In this document: positions 50,801 to 63,599 of the stretch, piece after piece | How the letters are laid out: every line of letters begins with the position of its first letter | Numbering within the stretch: the first letter of the stretch is position 1 | Source: Euglena gracilis | Taxonomy: Eukaryota | NCBI GenBank assembly: GCA_039621445.1 | Contig: CP154954.1 | Span: 32,775,455 to 32,839,454, forward strand | Length of the DNA stretch: 64,000 nt | Direction: 5' to 3' | Program-made: the position numbers and the translations under genes | The notes under the pieces: generated by a model | Databases searched by the model: none | What the model was told of the DNA's origin: nothing | Seen by the model: the letters and a program-made list of their open reading frames with translations, nothing else

Positions 50801-53800
50801 GACGACGACAAGGACCACGACGCCGCCGTACGCGCCCCACCCCGCGCGCCGCACGCACACCGCATCGCATGAACCGGAGAATGGCTGTGTGTTCCCAAAC
50901 GAGTTATTACCCGTCCACCCCGCACAGGGGGCAGGCAGCCTATCGTGGAACGGGGGTTTTGTTCCGAAGAACAAAGCAAGCGGCGGAATCAGATGCCATA
51001 TCTTGTGCAAAAAGCTATGGGGTAGAAATAATGTGGAAAAATGCATACTGCAACTCCTGGCAAAATTTTTGCCCCACAAGACGAGGTTATTTTGAAGACC
51101 GGGGGGGTCCAGGGGGGGGGCGGTAGCCCCCCCCCGGTAGCGGGCGCCGAAGGCGCCCGGAACTCCACGGTCAGTGGGTCCTGTAGGTACCGCCCCCCGG
51201 AAGCTAGAGCAGAAGGGGTCCTGGGGGTCCTGGGGGGGTGCTGGGGTGGTCCTGGGGGGGTCCTGGGGGGGTGGGGTCCTGGGGGGGGTCCTGGGGGGGT
51301 GGGGTCCTGGGGGGGTCCTGGGGGGGGGAAACTGGCCACGACTCCCCGGGGGGGGGGGTTGGGGTGGGTCCGGCTGGACCCCCCCCGGGGGGCCCAGAGG
51401 GGGGTGAGATAACCTTTTTGGCGCCGCAGGCGCAGAAAATTTGGCCTTTTTTTAGGTGGTTAGCTCCCCCTAGCCGAGTCATGGCCAGTTTTCCCCCCCC
51501 CAGGCCCCCCCCAGGACCCCACCCCCCCAGGGCCCCCCCAGGACCCCCCCAGCACCCCCCCAGGACCCCCCCAGGACCCCCCCAGGACCCCCCCAGGACC
51601 CACCGGGGGGCGGTACCCAGATGACCCACTGACCGTGGAGTTCCGGGCGCCTTCGGCGCCCGCTACCGGGGGGGGCTCCCGCCACCCACGGACCCCCCTC
51701 GGGCTTCAAAATAACCTCATCTTGTGCTGCAAAAATTTTGCCAAAAAGTTGCGGGACCCCCCCAGGACCCCCCCAAGACCCCCCCAGGACCCCCCCAGGA
51801 CCCCCCAGGACCCCCCCAGGACCCCCCCAGGACAGGGTCCTGGGGGGGGGGGGAACTGGCCATAAGTGGCTAGGGGTTAAATTTTTCAAAGAGGGGGTCC
51901 CAAAAATACAAATTTTTGGTGTTTTTGGGGGGGGTACCCAAAAAGAAAAATTGGGGGGGGGGACCCAAAACCCAAAACCCAACCTTGAATACCCCTAATA
52001 AGTGCGCAGTGTGCTAAAGACATGGGCGTCGGGGGTCCGGCCCTGGGCAGAGTCCTTGGACTTACGAGGGAGATAGGGTGGTGGCACGGTGGCATGGTGG
52101 CACATGGTAAACTTCGCACGAGGTACTGAAATTCAAGGTGTTCATTTTGGGAGCAAAATGACCCGGAAAAATAATGGCTGTCTGGTTTGCGGTTCAGTGC
52201 CGTTTTGGTTTGGGGCTCCAGGAATAGTTTTCTCACATTTGTGCGAACGGTGCCAACCGCCGGAGACAATTTTCAAACCTTTTAAGGGATTTTTGCCAAC
52301 ACTAACAGTTTCACCTCCAACGCTGATGGACTTTTTTGAAATCGGAGGGTGGACCTCCCCCCCCCCCCCGCCCGTTATTGCATGATGGGGGGAGGTTGAG
52401 CTGGCTGAACCAGGCTGGAGCCCAGAACATGAAAATTCCCCGTGCTCGGAGAGGAATGTATGTTCTCACTGCAGCAGCAGCAAAAAATGTATTGCCAAAG
52501 AAATGTTTTTGAAAATGCTATGAATCTGAACATGGTGAGGAGAACAAGTGACTTTATTCCTTCTTTGCTTTGGGCAATGTCTCGTTGAAATACCCAGGAA
52601 GCCATTTTACGCTTTCGCCAAGGAGGCGATTCCAGGCCACCTGGCCTGTTGAATCCCCACCACAGAGCATTTTGGCCCAGATTCCAGGCGCCAGCACAGA
52701 AAACGAACGTCCCTCCAGTGACCGGATCTTCCGATGTGATGGAGGGATTCGGAGGTGGGGTCCCCACCAGGTGAGTCTGAGGGGGGGTGTTTCGGTGTGG
52801 TGAAAGTCGTCCTTCACTGGGTGTGCCGTGGGTTCTGAGCCTTGGGCACCGTGCCCAGCGCCGGACTCCCGACGCCCATGTCCACCAAAATTAAGTCGGC
52901 AAATCCGCTACCCGGCCGTGTGGTGGCGGGCGTTGTGGAGAGTGAGCTCTTGGGAGGGGTCTTGGGGGGGGGGGGTGGGGGGCGTGAACCTGAAAAAAAT
53001 TCACTGTTCCTGTGTGCATCTTCTGCCTGAATTATGTTGAGGTCATTTGTGGGGTCAAAAAGCAACAACAACAACAACAACAACAACAACGTTAAAAATT
53101 TCTTTGCACAAAAAATTCTGAAAGTGAGCCAAAATTTTCACATTTTAGGATTATCTTTCGGGGTAAAACATCTGAGAATGCAAAATTTTCAAACAAGGGG
53201 GAGGGGTGAGTTAGGGTTAGAGGAAAATAATGCCTTATAATCTTAAAACCCTTGAGAAACCTTAAAAAAAATGTGAGTCGTGGCACCCACCAGTTTTTGG
53301 TGTGGGGTAAATGCCTCCAATCTTTGCAATACCTCCCCCGGACCCCCTTTCCCCATCCCCTCCAAAAATAGAAAATCGAATTTCTCATCTTTTCGCATGT
53401 ATTGCAAAAACTTGGAGGGGTGTGGGGGGATGTGGGGGGATGTATGGGGGGGGGTGGGGAGGTATGGGGGGGGGTGTGGGGGGTATTGCAAAAACTGGCT
53501 CCTACACTAGACATTTACCCCCACACCCCCCACACCCCCCCCACACCCCCCCATATCCCCACACTCAACCAGTGTGCGCTCGGCGCCGGGTGTATTTTGG
53601 ACCCACTTTGGGACCCATATGGGCATACAGGAGGTCCCCCCCCCAAAACCCGCATTTTTTTTTCACACCTTCCAATTTTTCACAATTTTCTCAAAGTTTT
53701 GATTCTCGTACTTTTTTGAAGCAAAAAATGCCATTGAAAATCCAAAAAAATTCGAAGAGAAAAAATGTCAATAAAATTTGAGTGAGCCAAAATTAGGTGC

Positions 53801-56800
53801 TGCTTTTTGACTTTGCACTTTTTTTACCACTCCTAAAAAATACCAACACTTAAACCTGAAATTTTTGGGGCCTACGGCCACCGCGGCGGGGGGGGGGAGG
53901 GGAAGGCTGCGCCCCCCTCCCCCTCCCCCCGTCCCCCCCCCATTATCACTGCCCATTGTTGCAAAAAACGGAAGCCCAGACATTAACCTACACCCCCCCA
54001 CCCCCCCCACACCCCCCCAGACCCCCCCCCGCACCACCCCCCACCCCCCCCCACACTTGGCCAGTGTAGGAGCCAATTTTTGCAATATATGGTATGGGGG
54101 GTGCAGTCTGGGCTTCCGTTTTTTTTTTCTTTTGCAATAATGGGCATGGGTGCGGGGGAGGGACGGGGGGCACAGCCCCCCTCCCCCTGCCGCGGTGGCC
54201 ATAGGCCACGAGACCCCCAACAGTGGCCGTGGGACTTGATAATGTCTGTCTGGGCTGCAATTTTTCACAATAAAATCTAAAAAATTTTGGGTTTAAGGTG
54301 GGTTTTAGGAGCGGTGAAAAAAAATGCAAAATCAAAAAAATTGCACGATATTTTGGCACAATCAAATTATACTGGCATTTTTTCTCTTGGAATTTTCTGG
54401 ATTTTCAATTGCATTTGTTGCTTCAAAAACCTGTGAAAATCAAAACTTTGAGAAAATTGTGAAAATTTTGGAAGTTGTGAAAAAATGTGGTTTTGGGTTC
54501 CTGGGGGGACCTTCTATATGGGGCCCAAAATGGGTCCAAAATACACCCGGCGCCGAGCCCACCCTGGTCAAGGGGGAGGTGTGGGAGGGTGTGGAGGGGT
54601 GTGTGGGGGGGGGGAGTGTATGGGGTGTGGGGGGGGGGGGTGTCCAGGTAAATGTCTCCAGTTTTTGCAACACCTCTCTTTCTGAGTTTGGGTTGAAGAG
54701 ACCATAATCCAGCGATGCCAGAAATCCTTTTTTTCCTTTGGAGTTCGCTTCTTTTTAATTCTGAGATCTCATTTTTCTCAGATTAGGAAAAAAAATTCCA
54801 GAATTATTTTATAAAAAATTTTCAGGTTTTCAAACATAAAACTTTTAAATTCAAATTCAACTTGAATTTAACCCCAAAAAACCACCTCCCCCCCCCCCCC
54901 CCCCCGGCCGAAAAAGTCGTCCCTGGCATCTTGCATTTTTCTTCCCAGAGAAATTATTTTTTGAGGAAAAAATTTGAGTTTTTGCAAAAACTGGAGCCCA
55001 CACTAGACATTTACCACCCCCCCCCCACCCCGAACCCCGAAACAAGCGATTATGGCCTACGGCCCCCAATGGGTCCGGTGGCCTTATTGCAACAGAACTG
55101 GAGCCCAGACGGGACATTAGCATGGCCAACGGCCACCGATGGGGGGTTTGGCAGCCAACGTCCACTGCTGCGGGGAAGATGGGGGGCTGAATTCCCCTTC
55201 CCTGCCGCCCCCCCACCCCCATTATCACTGCCCATTAGAGGTATTGCAAAAACTGGCTCCTACACTAGACATTTACCCCCACACCCCCCCACACCCCCCC
55301 CCACACTTCACCAGTGTGGGTTCGGCGCCGGGTGTATTTTGGACCCATTTTGGGACCTATGTTGGCAAATAGGAGGTCCCTCCAAAACCCGCCCAAAACC
55401 GCATTTTTTTCACACCGTCCAAATTTCACAATTTTCACAAAGGTTTGAATGTCGTAGGGTTTTGAAGCAAAAAACGGTTGAAATCCCAAAAATTTGCCAA
55501 GAGAAAAAATGTCAATAAAATTTGAATGTACCAAAACTTAGGGCAGTTTTTGACTTTGCAGTTTTATCACCGCTCCTGAAAACAACTTAAACCTGAAAAT
55601 TTTGGTATTTTTTTTTCGTGAAAATTATGTTTTTTCCGTGAAAAATTGGGGCCCAGATAGACATTAACAACGCCCACGGCCAACGATGAGGGGTCCGGTG
55701 GCCTACGGCCACCGCGGCGGGGGGGGGAGGGGGGGCAACGCCCCCCCCCTTCCCCCCCCCCCCCCCCTGCCCCCCCACTATCATTGCGCTGTTGCAAAAA
55801 ATTGGAGCCCGGATAGACATTATCAAGGCCCACGGCCACCGATGAGGGCGGCGGGGGGTATTGGGGGGGGGGCTCTGCGCCGCCCCCTCCCCCACCAAAA
55901 TGTCCCGGGCGATGTGCAAGTAATTGCACAAAATTGCAAAAAATTGCACATTTCGGGAAAATCGAAAATTGCACAAAATAGCAAAAATTGCACGGTGCAA
56001 TTACACCCCCCCCACCCCCCCCCCCCCCACCCCCCCCCCCACACTTGTCTAGTGTAGGAGCCAATTTTTGCAATATATGGCCCATTGCTGCAAAAAAACT
56101 GGAGCCCAGACTGGACAATTCCCTGCCCTCCCCCACCCCCTGCCACATTTGACCTGTGTGTGCTCCAATTTTCATTTTTGATTTTTTCCAACAGAGATGA
56201 CAACACAGACAAAAAGGCATTTTTTGTAGTGCCCAGGGTGGCAGGGTGAGTATTTTTGGTCCCCAGAGACGTGAACCACATTCTGAAAGCGGCGTATTTT
56301 AGACTTGGAGCGCCTCCCATTATGGCCGCCCCAGGTCTTGGCTTTTATCCCCCCCCCAAACCCCCACACCCCAAATCGTCCCTTCCCCTGTTTTTCTGGT
56401 TTGTGCGGATTCCTTTTTTTTGCTGTAATCGCTGTGAAATGCGATTTCTTTTTTTTTTGGAGTCACTTGTGGGGTCCAAAAGTAGGAAAAACTTTGGCTT
56501 GGGCACAAAAAACAAAACACAAAAGGCAGTACATAAAATAAATAACATAAAATGCGCCGGCCGGGAATCGAACCCGGGTCGCATCCGTGGCAGGGATGCA
56601 TGATACCTCTACACCACCGGCGCCGGTGGTGAAGGCCGGTAACAACACTGACCAGGACGACTACAACATTGATACACAAAAAAAAACCACACAAACCTCC
56701 TTGATCAGTGGTTTTGACGAAACTTCTTTCATCACTGTGGACGTGGTTGGTTGCTTCGCATCTGCATGAGTAACACAACACCCGGGCAGTTGAATCCGTT

Positions 56801-59800
56801 GTTTGGAAAAGCTGTGGTGACCAAAAGACAATTTTTTGGGATTTTTTTCACCATGAATGTCTCAATATTGAACCCCGATCTGACAATGATATATGACTGG
56901 GGAGCCTTGCCATTTCTGGCCCACCTGCCCTCGTTTTTTTTTGGACCCCAGATGAAAATGCAAAAAAAAGAAGAAAGATTTTCCTTCAAATCCCCCCCCC
57001 CCCACCTGCAGACCCCTGATGCACTGTTTTTTTGGAGGGCCCAAACAGTGAAGGTGCTGATTCTTCCTTTCTTTGACCTCACTGCCAAAAGCAAGTGCTC
57101 AGTGGAGAAAGCAAATTCCACAATTCCACAGCAATTCCCCCCCCAGAGGTCGGACTTGGATTGTGTTACCCCTTAAAAACTCGTCATTAACACTTCAGGT
57201 GCCTTCCTTGCCGAATGGGTATGTTTTTTCCAAGGTGATGATTCCTGGGGGCCTTGGGGGTGGTGTTGGGGGTGGTCGTTGGAGGACAGTACTCAATCCA
57301 AACAGCAGAGGAGTCTCAAAAAAGTAAAAATAGACAGGTTTCCAATTTTTTTCCGTCACGTGCGAAGTGATCTACAACGTCACATATCTGCAACAATGTT
57401 GAACAACCACGGGCTTTTCCGTTTGCTGTAGTCTTCGGCCATTATTGTCTTTTCGCTCTCATTGGTTGTGTTGTCACCATTCTGATGCCTTTACTTGAAT
57501 GCGCCTTTGCCCAATGGACACACCCACAATCCAGGTTTGTTGCTCAGGCTGTGGATTGGACGGAGTCTGGGTGGCTATGTTGGTCAGACTCCCCAGCACC
57601 GACTGGCTCTGGTACAGGGCAGACGAGAGCAAATTAACAACACCCAAAAACCCTGTGGCGAAAACCGGGCTTTTATTTTATTTACAATCCCGCGGGGTTT
57701 CGCCTTTGTGCCATGGAGCCACACGACATCAACTGGGGAAAGGTTTTAGGAACATTTGACCCGAAGCACGTGATGGGTTTGCCAAGAGGCAAGAATAAAA
57801 CCCACCGCCCACTTGAAAAACCCCGGGGGTGGGAAACTTGCCATGACTCGCATTTTTTTAAAGGTTTCTGAAGGCCTTTAAGATTTCAAGGCATTGTTCT
57901 CCAACCCGGCGTGGAACGGGGTCCAAAATCAAAAAGTCGAATTGCTCATCTTTTCAAGTTTTGGTTGAAGAGAAAATGCTCCAGCGATGCCAGAAATCGT
58001 TGTTTTCCTTTCGAGTTCGCTTCTTTTTGATTTTGCGATTTCATTTTTTTGCTCAAATTTACAGAATTGTTTTTTAAAGTTTTTTTTAAAGGTTTTTAAA
58101 ACTTTTAATTTTAAATTCAACTTGAATTTGAACTTCATTTTTCTCAAGGCAATTTTCTTCATGTTTTTTTGGGGGTTTTTTAGCTTTTTTCAGGCGGTTC
58201 CAAGAAGCGCCTGGTGGGGTGTGGATGGGGGTGTGAATGCTGTGGTGCCAACATCATAAAATGTCGGTGTTTTTTTCCCCACTTTTTTGAGCCCTTCTGT
58301 GGTTTGTGTATTTAGCACTGTCGTCCCCTGACGACTCCCCAAGACCTCCCAGAACCCCCCCGGAGGACCCCCCAAGACATATATTGCAAAAACTGGAGCC
58401 CACACTGGTCAAATGTGGGGGTGGGTGGGGGGGTTGGCTATAATAATGTCTGGGCTCCAGTTTTTTTTTGCAATAATGAGCAATAATAATGGAGGGACGC
58501 ACCCCCCCCCCTGCCATTGGTTACCGGACACCCCATCGGTGGCCGGTGGAGTGAGTGTCCACCGACTTGTTTCGGGGTTCGGGGTGGGGGGGGGGTGCAG
58601 GCAAAGTGTGGGCTTCAGTTTTTGCAAATACCTCAAATTTTTACGTTGAAAAATAATTACTCTGGGAAGGAATGCAAGATGCCACGGCGACTTCTTTGGC
58701 CGGAAAAGGTCCAAAAACCGATCGTTGGCAATTTGTGACCGACCATCATCGAAAGAGCTTTTGACAAATTTTGCCAAATGGCCACTTGGGGAGGTTTGGC
58801 GGATTACGACCAACAATTCATTGACGTTTAAAATCCCCCATGTGTTGCAAAAACTGGAGCCCACACTGGTCAATTATGGGGGGGTGTGGGGGGGTGGGGG
58901 GGGGTGGGGGGGTGGGGGTAAATGTCTTGTGAGGGCTCCAGTTTTTGCAAAACCTCAAAAATTGGCACCTCCCCACCCACCTCCCACCCACTCCACCCCC
59001 CACTGACGCGTGTGGTGGGGGTGCCATTTCTCCAAAAGATGGCGAAAGTGGGGGAATTGTTGGCTGTGCGTGGGGGGGGCACCCCCCCACCCCGCAAATA
59101 ACAGTCAAAAAGCAACTTTCGAACTTTTTGAAAAAACGTCATTTTTCTGTAATTTTCTGGTGCAGTCGGCCGCGTCGGCGCTCCAAAATAGAGCTCTGCC
59201 TCGCATTGATATCGGCGATCCTTTATCCTTTATCCTGATTGCTGCGAAGGGCGGTGGTCGGAAAGGACAATTTTGGCCGTGGCGGGCATGCATAAAACGC
59301 AGCAGTTGCCGTCCGGGGGCGCAAAATACCACTTTGGTAACAGACGCCCCAAAAAAGTTTATTTTGCTGTCATTTTCTGTGCAAAGCATTCTTTACCTTT
59401 TTGACCCCACAATTCAACTACAGAAAAGCGCATTTCACAGCGATTCCAAAAATGCACACACGGCCCCCCCCCCCAACGCCCTCCCCCCACTCCCCCCAAC
59501 ACCCACCAAACCAAAGCTGGTGAAGGTGCCAATTTTGCAATCTATGGCACCCCCTCGTGATAGTTGAAGAAATACCTTTGGACTTTCAGGGGCAAATGTT
59601 CTTCCCCTCTCTCTGAACCAAGAAATGACCCAATTAAGAAAAAAAAGTTGGAGCGATTCTGAACAGTGAAAAACACACACAAAAAGGAATTTTTTTCGGG
59701 TTCCCAGCTCAGGCAACGTGTGCCAAACTTTGCAATTTGTGGACTTTGCATTCACAGACTTTGTTTGGTCTCTCTTGTTGTGAGCCACAGATCCAGGACC

Positions 59801-62800
59801 TCAGTGTGCTGAGGCACCACAAAAAATGCAAAACGACCATGTTGGACACCTGCTGGGGGGACTTCCCCAAGCCTGGGCTGCGGGCTGGAGCAAGGCGGCA
59901 AGCCTTCGCGATGACCGAAACGGCATGCTGCTCCGTGAGTGTCGAGGTGAACAAATCAATCAACTCTTGCTTGAACCTGATGGAGGGCATTTTGCCCAGT
60001 GGGCAGAGGTATCGCAAAAATTGCACTAGCAAATCCCCTCACCCCCCACCCGCCACTGAGGCCAGCGGAGGCGCCAATCCATGCTCCTTTTGTGACAATT
60101 CTGCTTTGGTTTGGTGGTGTTTAATGAGCAGTTGTGTTGGCTGAGATCACCAGCAGGCAGGCCAAGGCGACATCACAACCATGCACCAATGAGCACGGGG
60201 GAAAAAATCCCTTTTGCAGCACTCGATAAGTAATCCACGAGGAAAATGGTCAAAAACAATGGCCATGGCAAACCAGGTGCGCGGCAGGTCCCTCAAAAAG
60301 CCATTAAAAGCCTCAAAGAATGCCAGAATGCCTAAAAAAGCACTCAAACACATTAAAAACGAGGTATTGCAAAAACTGCCTTCTTCTTGACGTTTACCCC
60401 CACACCCCCCCATGCCCCCCACACCCCCCAAAACACCCCCATCCCCCCCCCCCACCCCCCCCCCACACCCCCCCACCTCCCCACTCCCCACCCCCCACAC
60501 TTGACCAGTGTGGAGTGTGGGCTCGGCGCCGGGTGTATTTTGGACCCACTTTGGGACCCATATGGGCATAAAGGAGGTCCCCTCCAAACCCCCCGAAACC
60601 GCATTTTTTTCACACCTTCCATTTTTTTCACAATTTTCTCAAAGTTTTGAATATTTTTGAAGCAAAAAATGCCATTGAAAATCCAAAAAAATTCCAAGAC
60701 AAACAATTTCAATAAAATTTGACTGTGCCAAAATTTGGTGCAATTTGTTTGACTTTGCACTTTTTTTCACCTCTCCTAAAAAACACCAACACTTAAACCT
60801 GAAATTTTTGATATTTCTATTGTGTAAATAAACCCCCCCCCCAAATAATAAATCCCCCCCAAATAATAAACCCCCCCTGAGGACCGACTTCGGCCGCCCA
60901 AATAATAACCCCCCCCTCTGGCAGGTGTGAGGGCAAAGAAAAACAGAGCCAAAAATTAGCAGAAATGTTGCAAAAAAAATCACAAAAATGGATCAAATTG
61001 GTGCAGAAAAAATGCCAAAAAAGCACCCAGTTTTCAAAAAAGCCCAAAAATGCCAAAAAAGTGACCATTGGAGCCTGTGGAGGGGTTTTCGGGTCTAATT
61101 TTGACTTCGAAATTTTTGCCCAAATAATAACCCCCCCCCAAATAATAAACCCCCCCTGGACCCCGACTTCGAGTGTCCAAATAATAAACCGGGGGGGTTT
61201 ATTATTTGGGGGGGTTATTGTTTTTTTCGTGAAAATTGGAGCCCAGACAGAGGCATTTCCAAGCCCATGGCCACCGATGGGGGGTCCTTTGGCCTATGGC
61301 CACCGCGGCAGGGGGGGAGGGGACCGGTGGCCCATGGCCACCGATGGGGGGTCCGGTGGCCCACGGCCACCGCGCAGGGGGGGGGGGGCTGCGCCCCCCA
61401 CTCCCCCCGCCCCCCCCAATATCACTACCCATTGTTAAAAAAAACCGAAGCCCAGACTAGAAATTTACCTAGACCCCCCCCACACCCCCCATGACACCAT
61501 CCCCCCCGCAGTGCCCCCATGAGGAACTTCTGCAACCTCCTCATCCGCCCACTCCACCCGGGGGGTGGGGGAAATTGATATCGGAGGCCTTCGGAAAAAT
61601 TGCGGAAAAATTGCGGAAATTGCGGAAAAATTGCGGAAAAATTGATATCGGGAACATACACCTTTCTGCTTGAGGGGGCTGAGAAATTTTTCAAATTCAA
61701 ATTTTCAAATTTTTCAATCGTGAGGTTTGGAGAAACCTTTGAATTGCAACATGTGTCTTGACGCTGGCATTGAACAACACTTTGCTGCTTCACCCCCACG
61801 CCCTTTCCCTCTCTTTCTTTTGTTGGCAGGTGCACCTGTGAGAAAAATTGGTAAACTGGGGGGAAAACAACAGAACACAATAGCACACCTGTTGATCCAT
61901 TTGAACAATGGCTTGAACTCATTGCATCTTCCATCTTTGGCGGTGGGGGAAAAAATTCTGTGAAAAAAAATGGTAAAAAATTGCGGAAAAATTGCGGGAA
62001 ATTGCGGGAAATTACAGAAATTGCGGAAAATTGCTGAAATTGCAGAAAAATTGCGGGTATCAATTTCCCCCCCCCTGCCCTGCCCCGGGTCCTGCAACGC
62101 CAACCCCAGCCCGCCGGCCAGCTGCACGATCCCCGGCTGCGGCTACTCGCCCCCTCTTGGAGGGCGGGCCAGCCCCAGGGGGCAGGCCTGTCCCTCATCC
62201 CCTCTGCCCCCTCTACACCGCCTCTGAGAACGCACTCGGCCTGCTGGGACCCGGGACCAACCCGTGCCGTTGCCCATGCCCGCTGCCGGGCAGCCGGTGT
62301 CGGACGTGGCTCACCCCACTCATTCCCACCACCCCACCCCTGTACCACGCTCATCACGGAGCGGCATCCGGGCCCCGGGTAGGCCCCTTGAAGGCAGGGC
62401 CATAGTGGCCCTGTCGACCTTGGGCATTGCAGTGATGTGGGGCACTTCTAATCCTAATCCTGATCCCACACCCCCCACACCCCCCACACCCCTCCCACAC
62501 TTGACCAGTGTACGAGCCAGTTTTGCAATATATGGATGCCAGACATTTTCCAGTGGTGTTGGCTTGTTTTTGCTGATATTTAATTTCTCAATATGTTTTA
62601 AAAAAAGCCATTGAAAAATTGCTAAAATGCCTGTGAAAAAATGGTCCTAACGTGTGAAATTTTCGGCCATGCCCAGGCCCCCACTTCCTCCCTGCTTTTG
62701 GCCAGCAATTAGCCTAGAGGTGGTCTTTGGGGGGTGGGTTTTGACCAAAAAAAACTTCCTGTCTCGAGAGGACTGCACACCATGGCTCACGGTCTGCCTG

Positions 62801-63599
62801 TCGCAGCACATCGTCGTGGACATACCATTGCTTAGCGACCCGGGGGGGGGGGAGGGGGTCGCTTTCCACTCTGAAAAACCCAGTCAGTCACTTTACCCCC
62901 CTTTACTTTACTTTACGGGGGGGGGGGATTGGCCACTCCTCAGGAGGCAATGAACATTTGCCAAAAAGTCTCAAAAAAATCCAAAAAAATTACAGCGCCT
63001 TCGGCGCCAGGCCACTCACATTTTCATTTTCGGGCCAACCCCACCCCCGGGGGGGGGGGGGCTCTTGGCGAAAAAAAACCAGTCAGTCACTCTGACTACT
63101 TTACCCGGGGGGTAAAGTAGGACAGGTGTTAAGCAATGGTATGGTCGTGGACCACGACGTCCACTTGGCCAGACACAATCGGGGACATGAAGAGTGGGAC
63201 CTCCCCCTCCCCTGTGGAAGAAGAAGGAAATACCCGTAATGAATAATTGTCGATCCATGTGTGCCGGGCTCGTATGCCACCACAATGCACCCCCTCCCGT
63301 GTCCGCCTAGCACTCAGGTCACAAAGGTTGCAGTTTGAACAGGGGGGCCGAACTTATTTGCGAAAACAGGACAAAGCCGGAAACGGTATTTTTAGGCTTT
63401 TCGGGGGGTTTCCCACAAGCATTGGCCGAAAGGACCTTCGTTGGCACCCTGCCGTAGCCAGTCCAGGATGAGCCCCTGCATCCCACACACCGGGTTTGAA
63501 CTTTGCCATCTTTTGGGATCCACAGACGTTGATGAGGATCGACTCCTCCTTGTTGGTGGACAACGGGCAGCGAAGGCCCCATCTGGCCACGGACCAAGT
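44866..63599 (-). CDS. PIH1-domain protein (PIH1-N + CS domain; PIH1D2-like co-chaperone/dynein assembly factor family). Exons 63599-63491, 63211-63152+62820-62781, 59976-59850, 57608-57524, 56761-56697, 48566-48489, 45027-44866; 5' exons further right
   Basis: Phase-compatible GT-AG joins give ...ESILINVCGSQKMAKFKP/GEGEVPLFMSPIVSGQVDVVV^HDDVLRQADREP/WFKQELIDLF...PQQ/SQSVLGSL...WIV/DAKQ...KPLIKE/VDALPSILETATHVLVDIYAECESVQ/DIDLTIKSNVLRL...NLP...TAKFLKKKQLLKLRFEKLQL*. It has the INVC, DV, FK..LI.L, KPLI.E and AKF.KK motifs typical of PIH1 proteins and no internal stops. Confidence 0.85.
46528..46954. mobile_element. MITE with 8-bp TSD (intronic); related sequence at ~4290-4650
   Basis: TIR cagggttcgatgt / atattgaaccctg; TSD CCCAAGGG at 46520-46527 and 46955-46962. 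Confidence 0.85.
47842..48182 (-). repeat. Diverged inverted copy of part of the 1.33-kb tandem unit (29476-29828)
   Basis: gggccccacatggcatttatctgtgg ... caagctggcaaacagtgtacaa match the reverse complement of the unit. Confidence 0.75.
50106..51869. mobile_element. Foldback-like element with long inverted arms and (GGGGGGGTCCT)n arrays
   Basis: 50106-50380 is an inverted repeat of ~51625-51869; 51060-51185 is an internal direct copy of part of the left arm. Confidence 0.7.
50531..50600 (+). pseudogene. Degenerate tRNA-like sequence (Gly-like 3' half)
   Basis: A-box-like ggccgagtgg, and gcgacccgggttcaaaccccggtcgggca resembles the T arm/acceptor of the tRNA-Gly at 56553; anticodon arm poorly paired. 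Confidence 0.45.
56553..56623 (-). tRNA. trnG-GCC: tRNA-Gly(GCC), intronless, inside a PIH1 gene intron
   Basis: gcgccggtggtgtagaggtatcatgcatccctGCCacggatgcgacccgggttcgattcccggccggcgca forms a full cloverleaf (acceptor gcgccgg/ccggcgc, anticodon stem catcc/ggatg, TTCGA loop), followed by a TTTT Pol III terminator. Confidence 0.95.
61559..62077. mobile_element. MITE-like element of the (C)AGGGGG...CCCCCTG family with (ttgcggaaa)n arrays
   Basis: TIR ggggaaattgata / tatcaatttcccc; TSD not clear. Confidence 0.6.
62821..63143. mobile_element. 323-bp MITE with 8-bp TSD inserted in a coding exon of the PIH1 gene
   Basis: 14-bp perfect TIR cataccattgctta / taagcaatggtatg; TSD GTCGTGGA at 62813-62820 and 63144-63151. 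Confidence 0.93.

Larger units (their letters stand above)
53320..62530. repeat. Many nested copies of a dispersed intronic repeat family (gaggtattgcaaaaactgg...; ctggagcccacact; cggcgccgggtgtattttggaccca)
   Basis: Recurrent motifs in both orientations, e.g. ~53480, 54540, 55240, 58380, 58850, 60360; individual boundaries not resolved. Confidence 0.65.

Noticed and set aside
49800-52000. Gly/Pro-rich ORFs and a telomere-like G-rich repeat
   Set aside because: They derive from a GGGGGGGTCCT minisatellite present in both orientations within a foldback element; it is not TTAGGG and not terminal.
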